Notes under the pieces: generated by a model | What the model was told of the DNA's origin: nothing | The model's input: only the letters and a program-made list of their open reading frames with translations | The model's database searches: none | Shown here: positions 17,857-28,004 of the stretch, one piece after another | Layout of the letters: each line of letters starts with the position of its first letter | How positions within the stretch are numbered: the first letter of the stretch is position 1 | Made by a program: the position numbers and the translations under genes | From: Pirellula sp. | Lineage (GTDB): Bacteria; Planctomycetota; Planctomycetia; Pirellulales; Pirellulaceae | Direction: 5' to 3' | DNA length: 64,000 nucleotides | Assembly (NCBI GenBank): GCA_031372345.1 | Contig: JANMLD010000301.1 | Span: 888 to 64,887 of the forward strand

Positions 17857-19500
17857 TCAATCTGCATTGCTCTGAATCATCCGCGTTTCCCAGAATCGTG
17901 TCGATCGTTCGATCCATGGTCGGTAACGCTTTAGTTGGTTTGGCGATTCGGCCAAATGATCCGTTGCTGCTTTTTGCCATTGCTGAAAATAAGACACGGC
18001 TTTGCGTGAGACTCGGGGTTTGCCGTCGAAAACGAAATAAAAGGGAGCGGTCGTCGCAAATCGATAACCTTTGTTGTGATCGGTTACGATTCGAATGACC
18101 AACCAACCTGATTTATCGATCTCAATCGGAGGAAACTCTCCGCGTTTGTAATGATCTTCGAGTTTGGCGCTGTATAGGGTGTCGCCATTGAACACAACAT
18201 CTAGGTAATCAACTGGCTCACGTACGGAGAGCGATACGCTGATGTTGAGTGCGATGCTTTGTCCCCGGTAACTGGTTTGAATGCTGCCCGGTGGTAGGTC
18301 GTTGATTTTGGCTCTGAGCAAGGGACCGTTCGTTACGAAGGTGTGACTTTGCGCGATGGCCCGCCACCACGATTCTTGGTCTGGCTGTGTCGCGGAATAG
18401 ACATACACGCGATTGTAGCCGACATGGGTATCGTTTCCATTGAAACCGCTGCCAGCAGTGGGCGTGATTTGAAGTCCTGCTTCGAGCATTTGCCAATAGA
18501 TGATCTCGCTGAGTTTTCCGACACCTCGAGCGTCTTTGAATCGGACAACGTCGTCGGCCTCGATTGGGGCAAATACTTCGCTTGGTATTTTCTCTTTTCC
18601 GCGTGTCAGTTGCACTTTCCCAATGGTGTCTTTAGTCTGTTCTTTGGAAAGGGCTAAGCGATCATCGCCGTCGGGCCGATTGTAGGATGAGAGTAGTTGG
18701 ACAGATCGAATTGCATCGCTTGCCAACAAGAGTGGCACATCGCGACACCAGGGACGTAACAGTTCCGCAAAAACTTTTTCATTTCGTGCAGCATCATCGA
18801 GCTTGGCGAAAGCGTCGGATTCATTGGCATTTGGGGCTTCCGAAGTTGAGTCGTGCAGTAGAAGTGCACCATGCTCCCATTCCAGGTAATGGCTGAGGGT
18901 GCTTAGGCTGAGCCCCACTTGGTCCGCGGCTAGGGGATTTGTCCTTTCTTGGCCAGTGGGTTGGGTTGGCTTATCCTTGCCTGTTTTCTTTGGCAACAGA
19001 ATCTTTAAGTTCGTTTTGGAGCCGGTTGAAACAGCGAAATCGACCGCATCGGCCAATTGCCATCGATTTAGCTCCTGCGACGGGAGGCTTGAAAAATGAT
19101 CTCCGCTGTACCAGGATTCCGAATGCATATCGACGGAACGGGGAATTTCTACTGGAACAGAATCCTTGGCCCCACGTTCGATGGTAAACCCGCCGCGGAC
19201 TTCGTTGAATTCGGGTCCTCTTTGGACTAGAAATTCGTAATCCCCGTTTGGAGGTGCTAGTTTGAATTTTGCTTCTGCCAACCATTGGTCACCAGCAAAA
19301 AGAACGTTTTTGGGGCGAGTAAGCTTTTTTGCAGATTTTAAAAAGGCGATTCTTGCAGAGACAGGTTCACCGCTTTCCTTGTCGAAGACTTCCAGTTCTA
19401 TATTCCCTTGGCTGAAGCAAGGAATCGGGGCGAACGCTTGCATCAAGCAAATTGGCGAGACAAGAACGATTCCCCTAACAAGATTCTTCGTTTTTCGCAT
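17857..19500 (-). CDS. CehA/McbA (PHP-like) metallohydrolase-related exported protein
   Basis: Signal peptide, WYSGDH, YWQMLEAGL...TAGS, GYNRVYV and TFVTNGPLL, plus a C-terminal Ig-like segment ending ATTAPFY. Confidence 0.65.
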   Translation of the reverse strand: MRKTKNLVRGIVLVSPICLMQAFAPIPCFSQGNIELEVFDKESGEPVSARIAFLKSAKKLTRPKNVLFAGDQWLAEAKFKLAPPNGDYEFLVQRGPEFNEVRGGFTIERGAKDSVPVEIPRSVDMHSESWYSGDHFSSLPSQELNRWQLADAVDFAVSTGSKTNLKILLPKKTGKDKPTQPTGQERTNPLAADQVGLSLSTLSHYLEWEHGALLLHDSTSEAPNANESDAFAKLDDAARNEKVFAELLRPWCRDVPLLLASDAIRSVQLLSSYNRPDGDDRLALSKEQTKDTIGKVQLTRGKEKIPSEVFAPIEADDVVRFKDARGVGKLSEIIYWQMLEAGLQITPTAGSGFNGNDTHVGYNRVYVYSATQPDQESWWRAIAQSHTFVTNGPLLRAKINDLPPGSIQTSYRGQSIALNISVSLSVREPVDYLDVVFNGDTLYSAKLEDHYKRGEFPPIEIDKSGWLVIRIVTDHNKGYRFATTAPFYFVFDGKPRVSRKAVSYFQQWQKAATDHLAESPNQLKRYRPWIERSTRFWETRMIQSNAD

Positions 19501-19626
19501 AGGTAAACTCGGGTTGGGTTTGCCCTGGGGGATCCTGTGGAATGAAGCTAAAATGATTTATCGGCTATCGACACCGTTACGCGTGTGGCTTTGGCTTACA
19601 AGAGTGTACAACGCATGGAAACCAAA

Positions 19627-20565
19627 ATGGCTAACGATTATTACAAGGTTTTGGATGTCGAAAGGACAGCCTCTACCGAAGAGATTTCTAAGGCATACAG
19701 AAAACTTGCACGTAAATTCCACCCAGACCACAATCCTGACGACAAGAACGCCAAGAAGCGCTTTCAGGAGGTTCAGCAAGCTTACGACTGCTTGAACGAT
19801 TCGGAAAAACGCAAAATGTACGACCAGTTTGGTCCCGATTATGAGAAATTTGGAGACAAGAATCCATTTGCGGGTGGGCATGCACGTGGTGGTTCTGCAG
19901 CTGGAGCAGGTTTTGATTTTGGCGACATTTTCGGGCGAGGAGGGGCTGGTGGCGTTGATCTCGGAGACATCTTCAGTCAATTCGGGGGCAGCGGTCCGAG
20001 TCGCGGGCGACGCGCTTCACAACCTCGCGGTGCTGACATCGCCGCGGAGATTTCAGTTCCATTGAGAATTATTATTCTTGGAGGTGAGACCCGCATTCAG
20101 TTGGATCGCGATGGCAAGCGGGATGCAATCACGGTGAAGATTCCCGCTGGCATGGAACCCGGTAAGAAGATTCGGTTGCGGGGGCAGGGCCAGCCAAGTG
20201 GAGTTGGAAAGCCGGGAGATTTAATACTGAAGGTAAACTTGGAACCGCATCCATACTTTAAAATCGCGGGAAACAACCTCGAGCTTCGGCTCCCCATTTC
20301 CATACCAGAAGCCGTTCAAGGAGCTCGTATCGATGTTCCTACTCCAGCTGGGACTGTCACCTTGACGATTCCTCCAATGAGCAATAGCGGAAAAAAACTC
20401 CGCATTAAGGGGCAAGGATTGAAGAGCTCCGACGGCATCATCGGTGATTTGTTAGTCGAATTGATGATTCGATTGCCGGAACATATTCCGGAAGTGAGTT
20501 CTGATGGAATTAAGCATTTGGCTACAGCCTATGCCAAGCCCATTCGGGATGGCGTTCAACTTTAG
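19627..20565 (+). CDS. DnaJ class B (CbpA-like) co-chaperone
   Basis: J-domain with HPD, a G/F-rich linker and C-terminal domains. No zinc finger. Confidence 0.92.
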   Translation: MANDYYKVLDVERTASTEEISKAYRKLARKFHPDHNPDDKNAKKRFQEVQQAYDCLNDSEKRKMYDQFGPDYEKFGDKNPFAGGHARGGSAAGAGFDFGDIFGRGGAGGVDLGDIFSQFGGSGPSRGRRASQPRGADIAAEISVPLRIIILGGETRIQLDRDGKRDAITVKIPAGMEPGKKIRLRGQGQPSGVGKPGDLILKVNLEPHPYFKIAGNNLELRLPISIPEAVQGARIDVPTPAGTVTLTIPPMSNSGKKLRIKGQGLKSSDGIIGDLLVELMIRLPEHIPEVSSDGIKHLATAYAKPIRDGVQL

Positions 20566-20588
20566 AGTGTCCAGCGACGTTAGGGAGC

Positions 20589-21890
20589 ATGGAAATGAGT
20601 GATTCAGTTTCGATTCGGTACGGCAAGGGTGAACTCCATATTCGATTGCCAAAGGGCTGCGAACCAACGATCATTCGCAAGCCTGATATGCCTGTTTTGG
20701 AGGATGCTCAAGCCGCTATTCGAGACGCACTGTTGTCACCCGTTGGAGCACCATCGATTTCGGAATTAGCCATTGGAGTGCAACGAGCATGCATTGTCAT
20801 TTGCGATATTACGAGGCCAGTTCCAAATGGTCCGATTCTCAAGGGGCTTATTGAGCAGCTTCGTGCCCATGGTGTTGAGCTCGATCGCATTACCATCTTG
20901 ATCGCAACGGGCTTGCATCGACCGAACCTAGGCCGTGAAATGCGAGAAGTCATTGGAGACGATTGGGTTTTCGACAATGTGAGAGTCGAAAATCACTTTG
21001 CACGCGATCGGAATTGGATGGTCGATTTGGGGCATACCCCAACCGATGGAATCCCTGTGGTTTTGAATCGTCATCTTGTCGATGCAGACCTTCGTGTCGC
21101 GATAGGTTTGGTGGAGCCTCACTTCATGGCCGGTTACTCGGGAGGTCGGAAAGTGATTGCACCTGGTGTGGCGGGTGAGGAGACCATTCGAACATTCCAC
21201 AATCATCGATTCATGGCCGATCCACTTGCATGCAACGGTAATTTAATGGGCAACCCATTACACCGAGGGCAGCTTGAAATTTTGAAACTGCTGGGCAAAG
21301 TCTATGCCATCAACACAGTGATCGACGAGGCTAGGCGAATGAGTTTCGTGAATTTCGGCGATTGCGAAAAGAGTCACCTCGAGGGTGTTGCATTTGTGAA
21401 GCACTATGCGGAGGTGCCACTTGGGCGTCAATTCAATACAGTCGTGACGAGCGCTGCTGGCTATCCATTGGATAAGACGTATTACCAAACCGTAAAGGGA
21501 ATGGTGGCTCCGATTCAAATTCTGGCGGATGGAGGTCGGATGATTATTGCAAGCGCTTGCGAAGAGGGGCTCGGTTCACATGAGTATCGCGAGTCACAAT
21601 CGCACTTGTTAAAGCTGGGTGGTCAAGGGTTTTTGGATCGAATCAGGCAGATGCCATTGGCGGACGTAGATGGTTGGCAAACACACATGTTGCTCCGGAC
21701 ATTGGCGGTAGGCAACGTGTCTCTTTATAGCGAGGGGCTCAAGGGGAAGGATCGTGAACTTACGGGTGTTCAAATGGTAGAGTCCATGGAGGATGCGATA
21801 GCATCGAGCATTTCGCAATCCGGGGATAAGGCGGTCGCCATAATTCCCGAAGGCCCGTACGTAATTCCGACACATACGAAGTCGACTTAG
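20589..21890 (+). CDS. larA: Nickel-pincer-dependent racemase/epimerase, LarA family
   Basis: Motifs DITRPVP, ATGLHR, ENH, EPHFMAGYSGGRK and GYPLD.TYYQTVKG. Confidence 0.85.
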   Translation: MEMSDSVSIRYGKGELHIRLPKGCEPTIIRKPDMPVLEDAQAAIRDALLSPVGAPSISELAIGVQRACIVICDITRPVPNGPILKGLIEQLRAHGVELDRITILIATGLHRPNLGREMREVIGDDWVFDNVRVENHFARDRNWMVDLGHTPTDGIPVVLNRHLVDADLRVAIGLVEPHFMAGYSGGRKVIAPGVAGEETIRTFHNHRFMADPLACNGNLMGNPLHRGQLEILKLLGKVYAINTVIDEARRMSFVNFGDCEKSHLEGVAFVKHYAEVPLGRQFNTVVTSAAGYPLDKTYYQTVKGMVAPIQILADGGRMIIASACEEGLGSHEYRESQSHLLKLGGQGFLDRIRQMPLADVDGWQTHMLLRTLAVGNVSLYSEGLKGKDRELTGVQMVESMEDAIASSISQSGDKAVAIIPEGPYVIPTHTKST

Positions 21891-22130
21891 GCCACTTCGC
21901 ACTCGCGGCAGCGTACAAAAAGCCGACATCCCAGCCGATTTGGATCCCATCTTGAAACGGATTGGGATCGACGGTCGGAAAGAGGCGGAGGCAAAATCCA
22001 TCGTTTTCTGTTACAATCCTTGTCTGTTGGAACATCGAGTGGCATAAAATTGGGATATGATTCGATCGACCAGTGCTGATAATTTCAACGCTTTTCGTGT
22101 AGGTCGGTTCAAAGCGGAACGAGGGATGGA

Positions 22131-23804
22131 TTGAAAGCCGAAGTCGCTGGAAAAGAAGATGAAACGTTAGACGCTGACAGCCCTCTCGCAATTCACGCAA
22201 GGCCCGAATTGCAGGAAACTAGCGGTGACCGTTTCGACATGGAGTTGTTTGAAGGTGATAGCGGATCTAGTCACAGCAACAATTCCTTGGTTCAAACTCG
22301 TCTCAAGGCTGCAGCACTCGCCATTGGTTTTGGCTTTGCAATCTTTGCTTCTTGGACATGTGTCCGAGAATTCACCAGCACCAGTTTGCATCTCGGTTAT
22401 GGGTTTTTGACGGTGGAACTGATCTCTACGGCTTCCTTGGTGGGAATCGGAGTTTGGCTAGCGCGGGTGCGCAATGCATCTGCATCGTGCTTGCGTTGGT
22501 GCGAGCTGATGATCTTTGGAATTCCCACTCTGTTCTTCGCGGTTTTGCATTACCTTGAGATCGTGTTCATGGCGCAGAACTTCGACCTAATTCCCCAAAT
22601 GCCGATGTCAGGTTGGATCATTTTGATTTTTTCCTACGCGATCTTCGTGCCACGTTCCTGGACGCGAGTTTTGGGTGTCGTGATCACCATTAGTTTTTTT
22701 CCCCTTTTTGCAACAGGGATTGCGTTTCTGAATCACCGGGATGTCAGGAAAATGCTCTTCTTCGATCAGTCCAGCATCGTTGAGATGGTTTTAGCGTTAG
22801 CGGCCACCATTTTTGCTTCGGTTTCAGGTGTGCACATCATCACCTACCTACGAACAAAGGCGGAGGAAGCCAAAGAGCTGGGTCGTTACCGACTGAAGGA
22901 AAAGATTGGCTCGGGCGGCATGGGTGATGTCTATCTCGCAGAACATCGCCTGATGAAGCGGCCATGTGCCATCAAAGTCATCCGCGCAGAGAAGGCAGGG
23001 GATCCGCGGGCGATCGCTCGATTCGAACGCGAAGTGAAAGCGACGTCTCGACTCAATCATTGGAATAGCATTTCGATTTACGATTACGGACGTACTTCCG
23101 ACGGAACTTTCTTTTATGTGATGGAGTATGTTACGGGGATGACTCTTCAGGAATTGGTGGTTCGCAGAGGGGCTCTCGCTCCAGCCCGAGCAATCTACTT
23201 GCTCAAGCAGATTTGTAGCGCATTGATTGAAGCCCATTCGATGCAACTGGTTCATCGCGACATAAAGCCGACGAACCTCATGGTAACAGAACTGGGTGGT
23301 GCATTTGACGTTGTGAAACTGCTTGACTTTGGACTTGCAAAACCGGTTACCAATGCATTTCCTAAAAACGAGGACTCGGAACTGACCATTGCAGGTTCGT
23401 TAACCGGTTCTCCGCTCTACATGTCTCCTGAACAAGCCTTGGGCGAGATTCAAGCGGATCAGCGATCCGACATTTACGCAGTTGGTGGTGTCGCCTTTTA
23501 TATGTTGACAGGTCGCCCCATCTTCGAAAGCGGAGCAACTCTTAAAGTATTGCTTTCGCATATACACGAAAAAGCTATTGCGCCATCGAGCGTTCAAAAG
23601 AACAGTCATGGGCCACCGATTTCGCCTGGATTGGATGCAATCGTACTCAAGTGTTTAGAAAAATCTCCTTTTGAACGCTTTCAGACCGCCAGAGAATTAT
23701 TCGACGCACTCCAATCGCTTCCAGAATCCAAGGATTGGAATGAGCGATTGGCCGAACAATGGTGGACGAGCAATTGCTGTCATTATCAAACGGAGAATGG
23801 ATAA
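22131..23804 (+). CDS. Membrane Ser/Thr protein kinase (N-terminal TM bundle, C-terminal kinase)
   Basis: Motifs IGSGGMG, AIK, HRDIKPTN, DFG and YMSPEQ, preceded by 5-6 TM helices. The TTG start is uncertain. Confidence 0.92.
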   Translation: MKAEVAGKEDETLDADSPLAIHARPELQETSGDRFDMELFEGDSGSSHSNNSLVQTRLKAAALAIGFGFAIFASWTCVREFTSTSLHLGYGFLTVELISTASLVGIGVWLARVRNASASCLRWCELMIFGIPTLFFAVLHYLEIVFMAQNFDLIPQMPMSGWIILIFSYAIFVPRSWTRVLGVVITISFFPLFATGIAFLNHRDVRKMLFFDQSSIVEMVLALAATIFASVSGVHIITYLRTKAEEAKELGRYRLKEKIGSGGMGDVYLAEHRLMKRPCAIKVIRAEKAGDPRAIARFEREVKATSRLNHWNSISIYDYGRTSDGTFFYVMEYVTGMTLQELVVRRGALAPARAIYLLKQICSALIEAHSMQLVHRDIKPTNLMVTELGGAFDVVKLLDFGLAKPVTNAFPKNEDSELTIAGSLTGSPLYMSPEQALGEIQADQRSDIYAVGGVAFYMLTGRPIFESGATLKVLLSHIHEKAIAPSSVQKNSHGPPISPGLDAIVLKCLEKSPFERFQTARELFDALQSLPESKDWNERLAEQWWTSNCCHYQTENG

Positions 23805-23808
23805 CTGA

Positions 23809-26800
23809 ATGGATGCGGACCAGTCGCGAATTGAAGCCGACTTGCGAGGAGTGTTGGATGGCGAAGTCTATTGCCATCCCTTGCGAACTCAATTGTATGC
23901 CAGTGACGCCAGCATATATGAAATAGCCCCCCTCGCGGTCGTTCGGCCGAGGCATGCCGACGATGTGGCTCAGTGTGTGAAGTACGCTGCCGAAAACTCG
24001 TTGCCTTTGTTTCCTCGCGGCGGTGGAACGGGATTGGCTGGGCAATCCCTTGGGCCCGGTATCATTCTTGACTTTTCCCGATTCATGCGGCGCATGATCC
24101 ATGTGGATGTCGAAAAACTCGTTGCACGGGTCCAACCAGGCTTGGCATTGGCAGACATGAATCGGATCTTGGCAAAAGATCGACTCATCTTTGGGCCGGA
24201 TCCTCCGACCCGCGCCGTGACCACGATCGGCAGCGTGCTTGCCATCGACACTTTGGGAAGCCATTTCTTGCGATATGGTACGGCGGGGGCTACTATGCTA
24301 TCGGCGCAGTGCGTCTTGGCAGATGGCGATCAACTTCCGCTCGACCGTATACCGTGGCGAATGCCCAACACAGGTAGCTCCAAGCTAAACAATCTTGTGT
24401 CGGAGATAGGGCAACTTCTTTGGACGAATCGAGCCATAATCAAGTCTCCGCCATGGCGAGGTGTTGCGCGAGGATGCGGCTATCGCTTGGAGTCGGCCTT
24501 GGATCATGAGCATGTCGACTTGGCTCGCTTGCAGTCGGGGGCTGAGGGAACGCTGTCGATTCTGACGGAAGCGACGGTCAAGGTCGTAGCCATGCCGGGC
24601 GCTCGAGGTGTCGTATTGATGTTCTTTGAGAAGCTCGAACTGGCCGCCCGCGCCGCCCTTGATGCTCGTCGCGACAACGTGGCAGCTTGTGATTTGATGG
24701 ACCGCCGCCTGATCGAAATTGCTAGAGAATTGGATCCACGTTACGAATCGATGTTGCCTAGGGGCGCCGAAGCTCTCTTGCTGATAGAACTGCAGGGTAA
24801 CGATGTTCCCGAAGTTCGGAGCCGGTTGGGTTCACTCATTCAACGCATCGTTCGGCGCGCTCCATCGACTCAGCACACCCGCATCATTGTGGATGACGCC
24901 GAACGAGACTTCATCTGGAAACTGAGTCGACGGGTGATTCCTCGATTATATCGCCTGCGTGGTTCTTCACGACCGCTTCCGTTTGTAGAAGACATCTCTA
25001 TCCCACCGGATCGCTTGCCGGAATTTTTGGTGGAAATGCAGAACATTCTGAAGGCGGACCGAGTTACTGGCACCCTCTTCGCGCACGCTGCTCATGGCCA
25101 TCTTCATTTACGGCCATTTCTAGATCCGCACGAGCCGGATGATGTGTTAAAAATGCAACGTATCGCTGATCGCATTTTCGAAAAGGTCATCGAATACCGC
25201 GGCGTCATTTCCGGCGAACACGCGGTCGGTCTCAGCCGCAGCTCGTACCTCAGGCAGCAATTGGGCGATCTGTATCCGATTTGCCGACGTATTAAGGAAC
25301 TGTTTGATCCAAAAGGCATTCTGAATCCAGGTAAGCTCGTAACCGACGCTGCTCAAAAAACGACTGATAATCTTCGACCGCCTTCAATCGTCATCAATCC
25401 GAAACGCAAGTCCGTTTTTGCTGCAACGATCGAAGCCAACGACGTGAACATGCCTTCTTCCCCTGCAATTGCGGACCACGTAAGTGGAACCACCACTCCA
25501 AACGATGAAGGAACCAACAATACGCTAGACCCGGTCCCAACCGGTGGAGTCGGGATCGCGAGCAAAACCTTTTTGCCAATTTTAGGTTGGTCCGAAATGG
25601 AGTCGATGGAGGTTACAGCCAACGCTTGTAACGGATGCGGACGCTGTCGGTCCAATGCTCCAGCGGAACGCATGTGTCCCATGTTTCGCTCAACACGGGG
25701 CGAAGAAGCATCACCCAGAGCCAAGGCCAATTTGATCCGAGGGCTGATGTCAGGCAAACTACCTCTCCATCTTGCGGAAAGCGATGAGATGAAGGAGATT
25801 GCGGACCTTTGTTTTCATTGCCACCAATGCAAAATTGATTGCCCAGCATCCGTTGATATCCCAAAACTGATGGTAGAAATCAAGGCGCAGTATACGGCCA
25901 CCAATGGACTGCGCCTAAACGATCGCTTGTTGTCCCGCTTGGACGCTCTTACCGCTCTTGCAGGTAGAATCCCAATGCTGGCCAACTGGGGACTAGAGAA
26001 TCGCTATTCGCGTTGGATCCTAGAAAAAACAACCGGCATTGCTCAAGGACGACGCTTGCCCTCCATTGCCAAGCAGCCGTTCATGCGATGGGCCGCGAAG
26101 AATCGATTGACACGACCCAATCGTGGTGCTGGCCGAAAAGTACTCTACTTGGTGGACCACTACGCAAATTGGAACAACCCACTGGTCGGAATTGCATTGG
26201 TTGAAGTATTGCAGCACCAAAACGTCGAAGTTTACGTCCCTGCGTGGCAATCGGTAACGTTCATGACGAAGATCGTAATGGGAGACATTGAAAAGGTTCG
26301 TCGCATGATTGCGCCTCAAATTCGCCAGTTGGCCGAGGCCGTTCGGCAGGGCTATCAAATTGTCACGACCGAACCTACGGCAGCTCTCTGTCTGAAATAC
26401 GAATACGTGCAAATCCTGGACAACGAGGACGCCAAGCTTGTTGCGGCAAACACTTGGGACGCAGGCCAATATCTGGTTCAAATGCACTCTAACAACGAGC
26501 TTGAACTGGACATGAAACCGTTGACGACATCGGTCATCTACCATACTCCTTGCCATTTGCGAGCGCTCGATCCAAATCATAGCGGTTTGCGTTTGTTGAA
26601 TTTGATTCCCGGTCTTGCTGTACAGCATGCAGATGCAGGTTGCAGCGGTATGGCCGGCACATATGGGATGCGAAAACAGACCTACCGAACCAGTTTGCGG
26701 GTCGGTTGGGGTTTGATCAGTAAAATGCAAGAGACGACAGCGCAAATCGGCAGTACGGAATGCACTTCATGCAAGCTTCAAATGGAACAAGGCATCGACA

Positions 26801-26904
26801 AACCGACCATCCATCCTCTGGCACTGTTGGCTTTTGCATATGGGAAGCTGCCAGAGGTTAGGTCCTGGATCCAAAGCCGAAACGAAGGCCTTACCGTCCT
26901 GTAG
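23809..26904 (+). CDS. FAD-linked oxidase fused to Fe-S and cysteine-rich (CCG-like) domains (2-hydroxyacid dehydrogenase-like)
   Basis: Motifs PRGGGTGLAGQ, GAEGTL, HAAHGHLH, GEHAVG, NPGK, CNGCGRC, CFHCHQC...CP, HTPCH and GCSGMAG. Confidence 0.9.
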   Translation: MDADQSRIEADLRGVLDGEVYCHPLRTQLYASDASIYEIAPLAVVRPRHADDVAQCVKYAAENSLPLFPRGGGTGLAGQSLGPGIILDFSRFMRRMIHVDVEKLVARVQPGLALADMNRILAKDRLIFGPDPPTRAVTTIGSVLAIDTLGSHFLRYGTAGATMLSAQCVLADGDQLPLDRIPWRMPNTGSSKLNNLVSEIGQLLWTNRAIIKSPPWRGVARGCGYRLESALDHEHVDLARLQSGAEGTLSILTEATVKVVAMPGARGVVLMFFEKLELAARAALDARRDNVAACDLMDRRLIEIARELDPRYESMLPRGAEALLLIELQGNDVPEVRSRLGSLIQRIVRRAPSTQHTRIIVDDAERDFIWKLSRRVIPRLYRLRGSSRPLPFVEDISIPPDRLPEFLVEMQNILKADRVTGTLFAHAAHGHLHLRPFLDPHEPDDVLKMQRIADRIFEKVIEYRGVISGEHAVGLSRSSYLRQQLGDLYPICRRIKELFDPKGILNPGKLVTDAAQKTTDNLRPPSIVINPKRKSVFAATIEANDVNMPSSPAIADHVSGTTTPNDEGTNNTLDPVPTGGVGIASKTFLPILGWSEMESMEVTANACNGCGRCRSNAPAERMCPMFRSTRGEEASPRAKANLIRGLMSGKLPLHLAESDEMKEIADLCFHCHQCKIDCPASVDIPKLMVEIKAQYTATNGLRLNDRLLSRLDALTALAGRIPMLANWGLENRYSRWILEKTTGIAQGRRLPSIAKQPFMRWAAKNRLTRPNRGAGRKVLYLVDHYANWNNPLVGIALVEVLQHQNVEVYVPAWQSVTFMTKIVMGDIEKVRRMIAPQIRQLAEAVRQGYQIVTTEPTAALCLKYEYVQILDNEDAKLVAANTWDAGQYLVQMHSNNELELDMKPLTTSVIYHTPCHLRALDPNHSGLRLLNLIPGLAVQHADAGCSGMAGTYGMRKQTYRTSLRVGWGLISKMQETTAQIGSTECTSCKLQMEQGIDKPTIHPLALLAFAYGKLPEVRSWIQSRNEGLTVL

Positions 26905-26912
26905 TATCACAG

Positions 26913-26975
26913 TGTCGCCTTTCGCTCCGCGAAAGTGCGCCGCGTTAACGCACTTTCGCGGAGCGAAAGGCGACA
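26913..26975. repeat. Family D REP doublet with a perfect 27-bp stem
   Basis: tgtcgcctttcgctccgcgaaagtgcg, a 9-nt loop, then cgcactttcgcggagcgaaaggcgaca. Confidence 0.9.
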
Positions 26976-27092
26976 TTAGTCGCAAGAACTGGTTGGGATT
27001 TAACCTGTCGGGCTCAAGACTTTACTCACCTCCCAATATTTTTGCTAAACTAAGTCGGTTGTTATTTCGCCCCCTCACCTTGTCGGTTGCTC

Positions 27093-28004
27093 ATGGCAGA
27101 GAGTTCTACGATCTATTCGTCCAAACCATCGTCAGCCATCCTTTCGGCTGAAACCATGGCTAAATTGGAACGCATGGAGCTTGTCAGTCGAAAAATATTT
27201 CGGGGACGCATGAAGGGAGAACGGCGAAGCAAGCGAAAGGGGCAGAGCGTTGAGTTCGCGGACTTTCGCAACTACGTCAACGGCGACGATTTGCGTTTTA
27301 TCGATTGGAACCTTTTCGCCCGAATGGATCGCCTTTACCTTAAGATTTTTCTCGAAGAAGAGGATTTGCATTTCTACACGATTATCGACGATTCCATGTC
27401 GATGGATTTTGGTGAACCGAGCAAATTTTTTGTAGCCAAGCAAATCGCCGCTAGTCTTGCTTATATTGGTTTGTGCCGTGGAGACCGCGTATCGGTATCC
27501 AGTTTTGAAACGTCGTCCAATCCGATTGTTATTCGAGGCAAGTCGTCCACCCATCGCTTGCTTGGGCATCTCGAGTCGCTGTCGTGTGTGACCTCCTTAA
27601 CAACCATGGCTGAATCGATTAAGCGATTTTGCGTTAAGAATACCGGCAAAGGAATCGTGGTCCTCGTGACTGACTTGATGAACAAATCCGGATACGAATC
27701 TGCCTTGCGAATGCTAGTGGCACGGGAGATGGATATTTTTCTCATTCATTTATTGAGCCCCGAGGAGTTATCCCCTGCGGTTCAAGGGGATTTGAAATTG
27801 GTCGATTGCGAAGACGGTGACCAACGGGAAGTCTCGATTTCGGCAGGGTTGCTCAACCGATACCAACAAACACTCGCAGCCTTTATCGAGCAAGCCAAGT
27901 CGTTTTGTAACAAGCGATCCATCACTTATGTTCCGGCGAGAAGTGATCATGCAGCGGATGTGCTGGTCAATGAGTATCTTCGCAGTAAAGGGCTTGTGCG
28001 ATGA
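27093..28004 (+). CDS. DUF58 domain protein (vWA-like)
   Basis: Motifs GQSVEFADFRNY..GDDLR.IDWN, DDSMSM and VTDLM. Confidence 0.9.
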   Translation: MAESSTIYSSKPSSAILSAETMAKLERMELVSRKIFRGRMKGERRSKRKGQSVEFADFRNYVNGDDLRFIDWNLFARMDRLYLKIFLEEEDLHFYTIIDDSMSMDFGEPSKFFVAKQIAASLAYIGLCRGDRVSVSSFETSSNPIVIRGKSSTHRLLGHLESLSCVTSLTTMAESIKRFCVKNTGKGIVVLVTDLMNKSGYESALRMLVAREMDIFLIHLLSPEELSPAVQGDLKLVDCEDGDQREVSISAGLLNRYQQTLAAFIEQAKSFCNKRSITYVPARSDHAADVLVNEYLRSKGLVR

